Source of the DNA: Nitrospirales bacterium
GTDB lineage: Bacteria > Nitrospirota > Nitrospiria > Nitrospirales > UBA8639
Assembly (NCBI GenBank): GCA_963555755.3
Contig: OY820905.2
Coordinates: forward strand, 1,248,001-1,312,000
DNA: 64,000 bases
Reading direction: 5' to 3'
The position numbers and the translations under genes are program-made. Below the pieces are notes generated by a model. It had not been told where the DNA came from. It searched no databases and saw only the letters and a program-made list of their open reading frames with translations. This document shows, one piece after another, positions 18,571 to 28,448 of the stretch (positions within the stretch are counted from its first letter, which is position 1; the number at the start of each line of letters is the position of its first letter).

Positions 18571-19842
18571 TTACACCTGCACATTGCGCACATTTCCGTC
18601 TTCGTGAATCTTCCAGCTTTGGATGGCATTATTGTGGTAGTAGGAGTTGGTGCCACGGGCGTTGATTAACGTTTGCAGCGTGGGTTGCTGATATCCAGTC
18701 TCGTCTGTACAGCGGCTTTGGAGTATGGCTTCTTGGCCTTCCCAATGCCAGGAAATTCGAAACCGCGTGTGGCATCTAGGTAAAATGGGATTTTGTAATT
18801 CTGCTTCTTGCCAGGTTTGTCCGCCATCAACACTCACTTCGACTTTTTCGACTCGTCCACGCCCGCTCCAGGCTAATCCTCGAATTTCAACAAATCCGGA
18901 AGCCTTCAACCGGTGTCCGCCGGATGGACTGGTGATCACCGATTTCGCCTCCATCTCGAAAGTGAATTGACGCGCGGTGCCATCGGGCATCAAGTCAGTG
19001 TACTTGGAGGTTTCTTCACGAGTCATCAATGGTGCCGACACTAGTTTTAAGCGGCGCAACCATTTGATACAGGTATTGCCTTCCCACCCTGGTAACAACA
19101 ACCGAAGCGGGTAGCCTTGCTCTGGCCGGAGCGGCTCCCCGTTTTGCGCATAGCACAACAACGCGTTATCCCAAACCCGGTCCAACGGGATGCTCCGTGT
19201 CATTGCGGCAGCATCGCTCCCTTCGGCTAACATCCATGTGGCTTCGGGTTTGAGATGGGCTTCGTGTAACACCGTTGAAAGCCAAACCCCGGTCCATTCG
19301 CTGGTGCTGGTCAATCCGTGGATTTCTTGTACGGTTTTCCCCTTGGGGCCTTTCCATTCTTTGCCACTGTTCCCGGAGCACTCCACAAAGGCAATCCGTG
19401 AGGTCGCGGGAAACCGTTTCAACTCATCCATCGTAAAAATTAAAGGATGCTCCACCAACCCATGAACCAACAGACGATGGCGGGAAGGATCGATGAGTGG
19501 CACACCATTGTGATGGCGTTCAAAATGTAGAGCCGACGGCGTGATGATGCCCTGCAAGTCTTGCAAGGGAGTTCGAGACCGTTGAGGCTTTGTTAATCTC
19601 TTGGCCTGTTCAAACCGCGACCGGGAACCATAGACCGTAGCCAGTGCACCCGGCACCTTGGTGGGATCGCCCGGCACATCTAGGGCTCGACCGGAAGGCG
19701 GACTCAATAACAAGTTCGCCGCGGCCATCCCCAGCACGGATGTGGCACCGACGAGAAAGGCCCGGCGATTTGGTGGGTCTTTGTGCCGGATTGTTACATC
19801 AGCCCTGCCGTCTTCGGGCCTATGTTCAGATTCTTCACTCAT
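18571..19842 (-). CDS. soxC: Sulfite dehydrogenase molybdopterin subunit (SoxC/SorA-like)
   Basis: Tat motif NRRAFL; TPSALHFERHHNG, ECSGN, EQGYPLRL..PGWEGN..IKWL, YHNNAIQSW. Confidence 0.88.
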   Translation of the reverse strand: MSEESEHRPEDGRADVTIRHKDPPNRRAFLVGATSVLGMAAANLLLSPPSGRALDVPGDPTKVPGALATVYGSRSRFEQAKRLTKPQRSRTPLQDLQGIITPSALHFERHHNGVPLIDPSRHRLLVHGLVEHPLIFTMDELKRFPATSRIAFVECSGNSGKEWKGPKGKTVQEIHGLTSTSEWTGVWLSTVLHEAHLKPEATWMLAEGSDAAAMTRSIPLDRVWDNALLCYAQNGEPLRPEQGYPLRLLLPGWEGNTCIKWLRRLKLVSAPLMTREETSKYTDLMPDGTARQFTFEMEAKSVITSPSGGHRLKASGFVEIRGLAWSGRGRVEKVEVSVDGGQTWQEAELQNPILPRCHTRFRISWHWEGQEAILQSRCTDETGYQQPTLQTLINARGTNSYYHNNAIQSWKIHEDGNVRNVQV

Positions 19843-19861
19843 GGCTTTTTCCCATTACTAG

Positions 19862-20021
19862 GAGCCTGTCCGAGATTAGCAATCGTCACGAGGGTGTGCG
19901 GGTTTGAGTCAGATGTTTCGATCGTTTGAGGCGAATAGTGTGACTATTCAACGAAAAGGATCGGAAGATCTGGCCAAATCCCGCACATCCACAGTAGATT
20001 CGGCTAATCTCGGACAGGCTC
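19862..20021. mobile_element. MITE family B (160 bp), uninterrupted copy
   Basis: TIR gagcctgtccgagattag; TSD CTAG; interrupted copies at 32323-32672 and 36951-37358. Confidence 0.85.
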
Positions 20022-20181
20022 CTAGCACAGACAGTTGAAACGCATGGACCATTACCCCCTCTACCTCCCCTCCCCCTCCTTACAAAGGAGGGGATTGACA
20101 ACACCAGGGGCAGCGACTAAAGAAAAATCATAAACGAGACGACCAAGATAATCGAGAGGTTTTTATTTATACAGCTTTCCA

Positions 20182-20787
20182 ATGCGGAGAGTACAACTCA
20201 CCATGTGGTCTAGGAGCCTTCAATCAATCCTTGTCGTTGTTATTATCACGCTTACTGGATGCGCATCAAACATTCAATGGAAGGCAGAGGAACACCCACT
20301 CCCGGCTTGCATCCCCGACCATGCACCGACATGGGAGGAGTTCACCAAGTCTTACGGAAATAATAAGAACTCCGCACAAACGGCGGTCGTGATCACACTT
20401 GACCAAGTCGATCCGCCTTTTTTACAAGCCAGGTTTGACCCGGATCAATCATGGGTCCAACCCCACATTGTGGAAGCCTGGTATCCCTACGAACAGAGCA
20501 TCGCCAATCGATTGCTTCGACATGAGCAACTCCACTTCGCCATCAGTTGTTTGCTCGTCCGCCAAGCCAACACGTCCATGGAAACCGGGGACAATCCATA
20601 CCAAATGCTCCAACTCGTCCGTGCTACTGCCACACGGTTGAATCGGCTATACGACAAAGAGACCAACCACGGCACGATCGCGAAGAAACAAGCGCAATGG
20701 GAACAGGACGTCGAGCAACAACTCAAAGAAGTAACAGGATTTCGATCCTCAAACCAAGCTCATGCTGCGGTAAAAGTTCAGCCTTAA
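20182..20787 (+). CDS. Lipoprotein, DUF922-like putative Zn-dependent protease
   Basis: LTGC lipobox; LLRHEQLHF; YDKETNHG. Confidence 0.6.
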   Translation: MRRVQLTMWSRSLQSILVVVIITLTGCASNIQWKAEEHPLPACIPDHAPTWEEFTKSYGNNKNSAQTAVVITLDQVDPPFLQARFDPDQSWVQPHIVEAWYPYEQSIANRLLRHEQLHFAISCLLVRQANTSMETGDNPYQMLQLVRATATRLNRLYDKETNHGTIAKKQAQWEQDVEQQLKEVTGFRSSNQAHAAVKVQP

Positions 20788-20886
20788 CAGCTTCGTCGCT
20801 CAACAGGAGGAAATACCATGGTCTCATTGAGAGATCAGAATACGCAGAACCGATGAATTCTAGGATTGAACCTGTGAGTTCAACCA

Positions 20887-20923
20887 CGAGCCTCACACCT
20901 TACGGTGTGGGGCTCCTTTTTTT
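20887..20923 (+). terminator. Probable intrinsic terminator
   Basis: gagcctcacacc-ttac-ggtgtggggctc followed by a T-run. Confidence 0.6.
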
Positions 20924-21075
20924 GGGTAGATTTCAACGGGTGGGGTTTAGGGAACGAAAACCCTCTTGCCCTTGTGAAAAGTGATCGGTCATTCCCGCAG
21001 TTGTAAGCGGGAATCCAGGTTTGATTTATTCGGTACAAAATCTTCAACCCCGCATCTCCATAAAAAAACCAAAGC

Positions 21076-21278
21076 GCATGGATCCCCGCCTACAACCGCG
21101 GGGATGACGGGACTCACATTGACGAACCGCTCCTATAGAAACATACCTTGCGCGTTAGATTGTCATTTCGACCAACGGGAGAAATCTCGTCGTTTCTCAC
21201 ACCAAGCAACCTGTGCCATCCCAAAGAATAGATTGCTCGCGGAGCTTGTCCTGAGGAGCGTCGAAGGGTTCGAAATGA
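21076..21278 (+). repeat. ~200-bp composite REP-like direct repeat, copy 1 (copy 2 at 22531-22733)
   Basis: Near-identical sequence combining ggatccccgc...gcggggatgac and gtcatttcgacc...tcgaaatga hairpin units. Confidence 0.85.
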
Positions 21279-21540
21279 TAAAAGAAATGCCTGGGACGTA
21301 GTTCAAAATTTAATATGCAGGGTGTCGCCCCTGCAGACGAGATCCTTTTGTCTCGGCAAAAGGACCCAAAACCATTTCCGCCCCAGCGTGCTCCTCAGCC
21401 TCCGCGGGGGCAGACTGTTCAGGTTCCCTGCAAGGAGTTCCCAAATCCGGCGGCTGCACATCCTCCTCGTATGGGCCTGTTGAATATTGCGCTCCAATAG
21501 CCAATCAAAGCTCCAGATGAGCCACGCATCGTCAAGGGGA

Positions 21541-21686
21541 GGGAATGTTCAAAAAAGCATGCCCTGAGTCTTTCCGAAGGGTCTATCCAGCAAGGCCGCA
21601 GCCCTTTTGACGCGCGGAGCGTACTCTCAGTACGTGAGCACGGCAAAATGGCGAGAACGCCGCTGGCGGCTTTTTTCAACATTCCC
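21541..21686. mobile_element. MITE family C (other copies 32392-32574, 37020-37261, 48046-48166)
   Basis: TIR gggaatgtt.aaaaa / tttttcaacattccc; shared core cagcaaggccgcag...gagaacgc.gctggcggc. Confidence 0.8.
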
Positions 21687-21763
21687 CGTATGGAAAGGAC
21701 GAACAACGCCGCCAGATGGGATGGATCGACGCCCAAACATGGGAAGTTATTTTTGCGCGAGCC

Positions 21764-22312
21764 CTAAGCCCACAACTCGGCTAACGAGATATGCAAGTCG
21801 GGCCAGTCAGGGTGGGTTAACACAGAGGAGCTTTGGGCTTGGACGATCAACTCAAATGTGGTCCCAGTAGAGCGATAGCATTCTAAAACCTGCGTCTCAG
21901 GATCAACCATCCAATAATGAACCACACCCAAAGTTGCATATCGATTGGCCTTGGCAGTGCGATCATACTCACGAGTCGAAGGGGATAAGATTTCCACCAA
22001 TAACAGTGGAGGGCCCTCGATACCACGTGTCGATATTTGTTCAGGATTGGTCACGAGCACCAAATCGGGTTGGACCACATCCTGGTTGGTCAAAATTACG
22101 TCAATAGGGGCATCAAAAACTTCTCCTTGGCCCGGCTCTTCAAAGTAGGCTTCTAATATCCGCTGAAGGCGTTTCGAAACCCGTTGGTGAAGAGGGCTTG
22201 GGGCTGGCGTCACGTGTAAGTCTCCTTCCAATAATTCATACCGCTTCCCATCGGATGGAATATGCACGTAATCCGAATACTCCAATTTAGTTTTGAGACC
22301 AGGGCTTGTCAT
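21764..22312 (-). CDS. Uma2 family (PD-(D/E)XK) putative endonuclease
   Basis: RYELLEG, P.P.HQ, VQPDL, LLVEILSPST...DR..K...Y...GV..YW.VDP. Confidence 0.9.
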   Translation of the reverse strand: MTSPGLKTKLEYSDYVHIPSDGKRYELLEGDLHVTPAPSPLHQRVSKRLQRILEAYFEEPGQGEVFDAPIDVILTNQDVVQPDLVLVTNPEQISTRGIEGPPLLLVEILSPSTREYDRTAKANRYATLGVVHYWMVDPETQVLECYRSTGTTFELIVQAQSSSVLTHPDWPDLHISLAELWA

Positions 22313-22794
22313 CGTTCATCATCCTTTCCGCCCATTATACGCTCGTCTCTTGCGTGTTGAAAGGAGAGGTTAAAATTTTTCAACACCAAAATCTTGAATA
22401 TACTCCACGAAAACCCTCTTCCCCCTGTGCAAATTGATCCATCATTCCCGACATCCTTTCTGGGGGATCCAGGTTTTAATTTGTAGATTCGCGAACCCTC
22501 CACACCCCAACGCCACAAAAAAACGGCCACGCATGGATCCCCGCCTACAATCGCGGGGATGACGGGACTCACATTGACGAACCGCTCCTATAGAAACATA
22601 CCTTGCGCGTTAGATTGTCATTTCGACCAACGGGAGAAATCTCGTTGTTTCTCACACCAAGCAACCTGTGCCATCCCAAAGAAAAGATTTCTCGCGGAGC
22701 TTGTCCTAAGCAGGGTCGAAGGGCTCGAAATGACAACTGTATCGCCTTGGACTCAATTTCGCTGCCATTGAGACAAAGCCCCACATAAAAAAAA

Positions 22795-22815
22795 GGTGGG
22801 CGATGCCCACCCTAC
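22795..22815 (-). repeat. GTAG-type REP hairpin
   Basis: Minus strand GTAGGGTGGGCATCGCCCACC. Confidence 0.6.
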
Positions 22816-22907
22816 ACAACCCTCATGATCCCATTTCCGAACCAATCTTATTGCACTTTGAGCCAACATCCCTTGACCCACCACAGTTCCCTCAGTAAGA
22901 TCGACCC

Positions 22908-23189
22908 ATGGCACGTTTCCCTTTTGATCCTCGAAACGTTGGCTCCATGCCGCCCGGCATGCGTCCTAAACCCAGTCCTTCTCAGGGTAACCCCAATTCG
23001 CAGTTTCAGTCGCTGAATGCCACTCTGTTGTTTTGTCCTACCTGTAAGGAGGCCACTCCTGTCCGCGAACGACTGTTGTTGGTCCTGCCATCCGGTAACA
23101 AGTACGATTACACATGCGCGCACTGTGGCACTTCCACGGGTGAAAAAACCGACCAAGAACAGCAAGGTTCGCAGTTGATTATTCCTTAA
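22908..23189 (+). CDS. Small zinc-finger conserved hypothetical protein
   Basis: CPTC...CAHC, PVRERLLLVLP.G. Confidence 0.7.
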   Translation: MARFPFDPRNVGSMPPGMRPKPSPSQGNPNSQFQSLNATLLFCPTCKEATPVRERLLLVLPSGNKYDYTCAHCGTSTGEKTDQEQQGSQLIIP

Positions 23190-23325
23190 TTTTTTCCTTC
23201 ATGCAGATTCCCGCCGCAATCAGCAGGGTTATAACATGATTGGAAAATCCCCCTAACCCCCTTTTCCAAAGGGGGAACATCGAGGGTTACCCTTCTCAGA
23301 GTACCGGGGAAAAGCGTGGTAACGG

Positions 23326-25188
23326 TTAAGACTGTTCCTGTTTGGGAACCGGGAGGCCTTCCATGGCCATGATGCGGAGGGCGTTGGTGGTGGGACAGGG
23401 GCCGGGACGGAGGTGATAGTCAAACTTTAATTCTTTTTCTCCGACGGTTTCTTGGAAGTGGACGTTGGTAATGCCTGGCAATTCGTCTTCTAGTCTAGCT
23501 AATTCCAGATCATGAGTCGTGACCAGCCCCAACCCGTGTCCGGTGGTGAGTTCTCGAATGTAGGCTTCGCTGCCGAGTAATCGTTCACGATTGTTCGTGC
23601 CTTTAAAAATTTCGTCGATCAGGTACAGCACGGGATCCTGTTCACCATTCCCCACCGCAAGCAAAATTCCTTTGAGCCGTTTCACTTCGGCATAAAAATA
23701 GGACAGACCTTCTTCAAGGGAATCGCCCACACGAAGGCATGAATGGAGGCGCACCCACGACCATTCCCACGTATCCGCACACACCGGTCCCCCGGCTTGG
23801 GCCAAACACACGTTGATGCCGATCGTCCGCAGAAACGTGCTTTTTCCGGACATGTTTGAACCGGTCACTAAAAACAGTTGGCCAACGGCTTGAAGATCAA
23901 AATCATTACTCACACGTTGTTCGTGCCGTAGAAGAGGATGCCCCAGTGATGTGGTGACCACTCCTGCGTCTTGGTCAGCAGGATTCTCACGCCGCGTTGG
24001 CCACACATAGGTGGGATTAAGAAAGGCAAAGGTGCTCAGGGCCATGGCCGCATCAATGGTGGCAACCTGCTCAAGCCAGACAGGCAACACGGGTCGGAGA
24101 CGTTCACACACTTTTTGAAGATACCAGGTCCAGGCCATATCCCACGGGCCAATCAGATTGACCGCGATGTGAATCAAGGGATGGCCTTTGATACTCAGCC
24201 CGCTACAAATTTTGGCTAATTGCTTGATAGCCAAGGATGGTGGTTCGTCACCTGTTCGAAAGGGTTCGGTGACATGTCGAATAGCCTCCTCCCGTTCGAA
24301 GGATCTCTTTTCCAAGACTCGGATGACCGCAGCCAGCTTGGCTAGCTCCATCTGCAAATCGATCGTTCGTTCAAACACATGACCTAAGCGGGCTCTGGTC
24401 ATCAATATCAGGAATCCATAGCAAAGAAATGAAATGATCCAATATCCTGGACCGAATCCCATGGCCCATATGGCAAACAACACCACATTGATAGTGGCCA
24501 AGCCGGTAGCAACACTCAGTTGCAATTGGAGGTGGGGAACATCAAAGGTATTTTTTAAGAGAACATAAATCCGGTCTCCATTGATGGGGGCATGACTCAC
24601 CAGTTTGGCCACTAAGCGCATGCGATCGCGTAACCCGGAGTACCGCGTGAAGGCTTTGACTAATGCCTGTCGGGAACACCAGTCAGTAAAGGAAAGCGGA
24701 TGGTCGTTTTGGTCCGCCACCCAGGACATTAAACGCGTTTGCCCCTCATTGGACACCGTGGTGTCCAATAACCGAAGCAAGGAATGCCCGCCCACAAGAT
24801 CCAGGTCTCCACCATGTGGATGGTCCGCAGGCAGGACCAAGTGGGATTCGAGAATACCCTCCCAATCCAGTTGCAACCGTGCTAAATTCGTGTGTTTGAT
24901 CTGGATCCATAGTCGAAGCCTCGTCAAACCGTCTTCTAACCGACTATGATACTGGGCCACGATCGTGAAGAGGATTATCCAGGCGACCAATACCCAGTTT
25001 CCCGTGACGAACCATTCATGATTGTACAACAGCCCGCACACGACAATGGCTAAGAGCACAATCCCCATGCGAACGCGGCTAAACATGGCGCTTCGTGTTT
25101 TACCGAACTCGAGCATTCGAGTACCGCGATCGATTCCACGAACTATGGCCTGCTCACGCCGTTGTTTGTCATAACCGGTATTCATCAT
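23326..25188 (-). CDS. MutS-related protein (TM segments plus MutS domain V ATPase)
   Basis: TGSNMSGKSTFLR, SYFYAE, IDEIFKGTN, TTHDLEL. Confidence 0.9.
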   Translation of the reverse strand: MMNTGYDKQRREQAIVRGIDRGTRMLEFGKTRSAMFSRVRMGIVLLAIVVCGLLYNHEWFVTGNWVLVAWIILFTIVAQYHSRLEDGLTRLRLWIQIKHTNLARLQLDWEGILESHLVLPADHPHGGDLDLVGGHSLLRLLDTTVSNEGQTRLMSWVADQNDHPLSFTDWCSRQALVKAFTRYSGLRDRMRLVAKLVSHAPINGDRIYVLLKNTFDVPHLQLQLSVATGLATINVVLFAIWAMGFGPGYWIISFLCYGFLILMTRARLGHVFERTIDLQMELAKLAAVIRVLEKRSFEREEAIRHVTEPFRTGDEPPSLAIKQLAKICSGLSIKGHPLIHIAVNLIGPWDMAWTWYLQKVCERLRPVLPVWLEQVATIDAAMALSTFAFLNPTYVWPTRRENPADQDAGVVTTSLGHPLLRHEQRVSNDFDLQAVGQLFLVTGSNMSGKSTFLRTIGINVCLAQAGGPVCADTWEWSWVRLHSCLRVGDSLEEGLSYFYAEVKRLKGILLAVGNGEQDPVLYLIDEIFKGTNNRERLLGSEAYIRELTTGHGLGLVTTHDLELARLEDELPGITNVHFQETVGEKELKFDYHLRPGPCPTTNALRIMAMEGLPVPKQEQS

Positions 25189-25233
25189 TTCGACCGCGGA
25201 CGATACGTGGTACTTTGAAAATCGTCAACACCC

Positions 25234-26133
25234 ATGCTTAACCACACCATTGACATTCTTATTTTGACGGACGTCGATCCCAATGAGCTGACGGGATTAA
25301 TCAATCAACCCGGACTCTTGGGAACGTGGACCGAGAACCAAACGATTCACGTGTACTGGGACCCGGACCATTGGTCACCGCAAGCCCAGGCTTCGATTTA
25401 TACCGCCTTGCACACCTTAGGCATGGCTCACCCGGAAGAACTGGTTTCCACGCACACCCTCCCAGCTCAAGATTGGAATGCCAATTGGGCTCGCCAGGTA
25501 CAACCGATACGTATTGGAAAACGTGTGCGGATTCGACCGAGTTGGGAGCCTGCCTCGACGGATCCGCAGGACATCGATTTGATCATCGATCCCAAGCAAG
25601 CCTTTGGAACCGGACATCATGCCACCACCCAACTGCTCACCGAATGGCTCGAAGACGTAATTCAGGGCAGCGAAACCCTCTTAGACATCGGCACGGGTTC
25701 GGGCATTTTGGCGATGGTGGGCATACGATTGGGTGCGCGGAGAGCCTTGGGATTCGATTGCGATGCTCGAGCGATAGAATGCGCAAACGAGTATGCCCAT
25801 ACGAATGGATTCGGGGAGGAGCTTGAATTCACTGTCGCGACTCTTGAACACTGCTCGCCTTTCCCGTGGGACATCGTCGTCGCCAATATTGACCGTCGAA
25901 CTCTTTTAGAAATCGTAGGGATATTGGACCAGTTCATTTCAAAGACCGGACACCTCTTTCTCTCCGGTCTGTTGCTTGATGATCGCGACGAAATCAGCAC
26001 CGCATTTGAGGAGAACGGATGGACGATTCTTCAGAGTCGAATTCGGGAAGAATGGGTGGCGCTGCGACTCAATCAGTCGCAGACGGCTCCTCCGGTAAGT
26101 GTTCGAGATATTCAATCAACGCATGATAGGTGA
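25234..26133 (+). CDS. prmA: Ribosomal protein L11 methyltransferase
   Basis: IDPKQAFGTGHHATT, LDIGTGSGIL, VVANI, LSGLL. Confidence 0.9.
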   Translation: MLNHTIDILILTDVDPNELTGLINQPGLLGTWTENQTIHVYWDPDHWSPQAQASIYTALHTLGMAHPEELVSTHTLPAQDWNANWARQVQPIRIGKRVRIRPSWEPASTDPQDIDLIIDPKQAFGTGHHATTQLLTEWLEDVIQGSETLLDIGTGSGILAMVGIRLGARRALGFDCDARAIECANEYAHTNGFGEELEFTVATLEHCSPFPWDIVVANIDRRTLLEIVGILDQFISKTGHLFLSGLLLDDRDEISTAFEENGWTILQSRIREEWVALRLNQSQTAPPVSVRDIQSTHDR

Positions 26134-26452
26134 ATTTGCGAACACCAGACTTCGTGGCGGGTTCTCCGTCGAGATTCCGCTGCAACCAAACGGTGTCTTC
26201 CACTTCTGCATTGGCTTCGTTACAGAGCATCCACATTTGGTGAAGAAATTCAACTGACAATCCAACTTGCACCCCTTCCGACTCAATCCGATCATCTAAG
26301 ATCGCCAGGAGATCCGAAATGGCCTGATCCGGACGGTACGCCTGCGAAGCATAGCCAAACGATTGCATCGTCGCTTCATCCTGTTTGGCTTGCTCAACTA
26401 AATCGTGCATATACTCCTTGAGCAGTCCAATGTGTCTACCAGAAAGGCGCAT
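26069..26452 (-). CDS. Conserved hypothetical protein
   Basis: Follows the cyclase gene in operon-like spacing; overlaps the prmA 3' end convergently. Confidence 0.6.
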   Translation of the reverse strand: MRLSGRHIGLLKEYMHDLVEQAKQDEATMQSFGYASQAYRPDQAISDLLAILDDRIESEGVQVGLSVEFLHQMWMLCNEANAEVEDTVWLQRNLDGEPATKSGVRKFTYHALIEYLEHLPEEPSATD

Positions 26453-26459
26453 AGGAATC

Positions 26460-27104
26460 TCACCTTAGTCTAAGAATCGCCCGAACCGGCGCTCCCTCTA
26501 CCCCTTCCAGCCGCAGAGGAAACCCGGAAAACCAATACGGGCCTTCTTCAATGTCCACGAGGTTCAGACACACAAACACGGGGATATTAGCCTGAGCCAC
26601 AACAGTGTGGGCGGGGAAGGTTTCAGGAGAAGTCAACGCGTCAAGACTATAGTAATCCCAACCAATAGAAAGAGGGTGTCGTTCGCATAAATACGCCGCA
26701 GCCTCGGCGGATAACGTACAGTACTCTTTTGAAAATGTTTTCTGGTGCAATAAGGACCCATTATCGGTCTTCAAAAGAATATGATGCTGCTTAGGAATCG
26801 AGAGCCCTTCCATATCAGTTTTTTCAATTGACTGTTTGCCCTGCTGACGTATTACCAAGGCCGGCCCGTAAAAGCACTCCAAGGCCAAATCTTCCAACAA
26901 CGTTCCGTGAGCCAAAAAATGAGCAGGCGCATCAACGTGCGTGCCGACATGACACCCCAGGGAAAAAGTTGAAGCGGTGAGGGAATCGCCTTGCTCAAGA
27001 TCCGACACACGTCGGATCAGGGGAGGAGAATTTCCCGGATACACCAACGTGTGTTCGGATAGAGGAAGGGTGATATCAAACAGGTGTCGCGAGGAACATT
27101 CCAC
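26460..27104 (-). CDS. Cyclase/kynurenine formamidase family metal-dependent hydrolase
   Basis: HVGTHVDAPAHF, GAPVRA. Confidence 0.88.
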   Translation of the reverse strand: MECSSRHLFDITLPLSEHTLVYPGNSPPLIRRVSDLEQGDSLTASTFSLGCHVGTHVDAPAHFLAHGTLLEDLALECFYGPALVIRQQGKQSIEKTDMEGLSIPKQHHILLKTDNGSLLHQKTFSKEYCTLSAEAAAYLCERHPLSIGWDYYSLDALTSPETFPAHTVVAQANIPVFVCLNLVDIEEGPYWFSGFPLRLEGVEGAPVRAILRLR

Positions 27105-27365
27105 AAGTGGAAAACTACCACATCTCGACTTGAGAGGAAATGGCTACAACTTCTTAGAATTCTGGGAAAATTCGTTGCGCATTTAACTCGAAATACGAAT
27201 ATCGAAATCCGAAACACATCCGAAATCCCAAACTCGAATGTTTGTAAAATCCCCCTAACCCCCTTTTCCAAAGGGGGAATCTAGGGGGAAACCCCATAGC
27301 CAGCTATGGGAATAGCAAGTGTCACTGTGTTTCGAATTTCGATATTCGAGTTTCGGATTTGCTCA

Positions 27366-27986
27366 TTAGGCGTCCCCCCACAACGCGGCCAAACGCGAAT
27401 CTCGGCCACAGGCCAGGCGGTAAAATTTATACCGGAGCGGATTGGTCTGATAATAGTTTTGGTGAAAGTCCTCTGCCGGATAGAAGGTTGTACCTTGGGT
27501 AATATCAATGACAATAGGTTCGGGAAAGGTCTTGGTTTTTTCTATGTGCGTTCTTGAGGCTTCCGCCAACTGCTGTTGTTCTTCAGTGTGATAAAAAATC
27601 TCAGGCCGATACTGATTCCCGTGATCACAAAACTGCGCATCCGGGGTAGTCGGATCAACATTCCGCCAATACACGTTCAATAACTCTTCGTACGTGACCT
27701 TTGTCGGATCATATTCAATTTGCACGGCTTCGGTATGACCCGTTCCACCTGCGGAGACTTCGGGATAGGTCGGATCGACTGTGTGCCCACCGGTATACCC
27801 AGACGTTGTCGAAACGACCCCATCGAGTTCATCAAATGGATGCTCCATGCACCAGAAACATCCTCCAGCAAATGTGGCTTTGGCAAAATTGCCTTCAGGG
27901 CTCTGGCTCAATGTTGGCCCGCTCATACTCATCACCAACCACACACTCAAGCCTAAGAACACCAGCAATTTATATCGGTTCATCAT
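27366..27986 (-). CDS. msrA: Peptide methionine sulfoxide reductase A (exported)
   Basis: FAGGCFWC, GH.EAVQ, FYPAEDFHQNYY; signal peptide. Confidence 0.95.
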   Translation of the reverse strand: MMNRYKLLVFLGLSVWLVMSMSGPTLSQSPEGNFAKATFAGGCFWCMEHPFDELDGVVSTTSGYTGGHTVDPTYPEVSAGGTGHTEAVQIEYDPTKVTYEELLNVYWRNVDPTTPDAQFCDHGNQYRPEIFYHTEEQQQLAEASRTHIEKTKTFPEPIVIDITQGTTFYPAEDFHQNYYQTNPLRYKFYRLACGRDSRLAALWGDA

Positions 27987-28033
27987 TGTGCCTCCGTAGC
28001 TTCAAACTTCTTTTGTGTAGTTGCTCTCAACTG

Positions 28034-28222
28034 GTAACTACTCAGGCATTTAGGCTAAAGACTGAAGGCTATCGCTCAGTACCTAACGCTCGGATCAAGC
28101 CATTCAAGATCTTCTCGATTTCGACGATCTTTGGTTCAATCAGTAACGAATCCAGTTGTATGATCACGCATGATTGGCCCCTAAAAACCTTCGGCCTTCA
28201 GTCTATCCCCCTGAGTAGTTGC
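28034..28222 (-). mobile_element. Internally deleted four-helix-bundle cassette bounded by GTAACTACTCAGG/CCTGAGTAGTTGC inverted repeats
   Basis: TIRs; minus strand has an ATG MRDHT start and an out-of-frame C-terminus EPKIVEIEKILNGLIRAL; leader matches 15811-15870. Confidence 0.6.
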
Positions 28223-28282
28223 TCCCTACATGACGTCATCGTTACAGTCACAGATTCCCAACAATCGTTACAACTCAATACA

Positions 28283-28423
28283 GGGCACCTCTAAAAACCA
28301 GGCATTTTTTGTGAGGGCAAGGAAGCCGCGCGCGGAAAACCGGAGTGTATGGGCGAATACATGAGGATTTGAGCACGCGGCTGACGCCGGCATCACGGAA
28401 AAGGACGGTTTTTAGAGGTGCCC
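28283..28423. mobile_element. MITE family A, copy 2
   Basis: Near-identical to 18323-18463; TSD TACA. Confidence 0.85.
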
Positions 28424-28448
28424 TACAGTCATAATAGGAGACCGGACA

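Noticed and set aside
20981..21870. Several short ORFs (60-106 aa) with look-alikes elsewhere in the window
   Set aside because: The similarity comes from MITE/REP repeats, not from coding conservation
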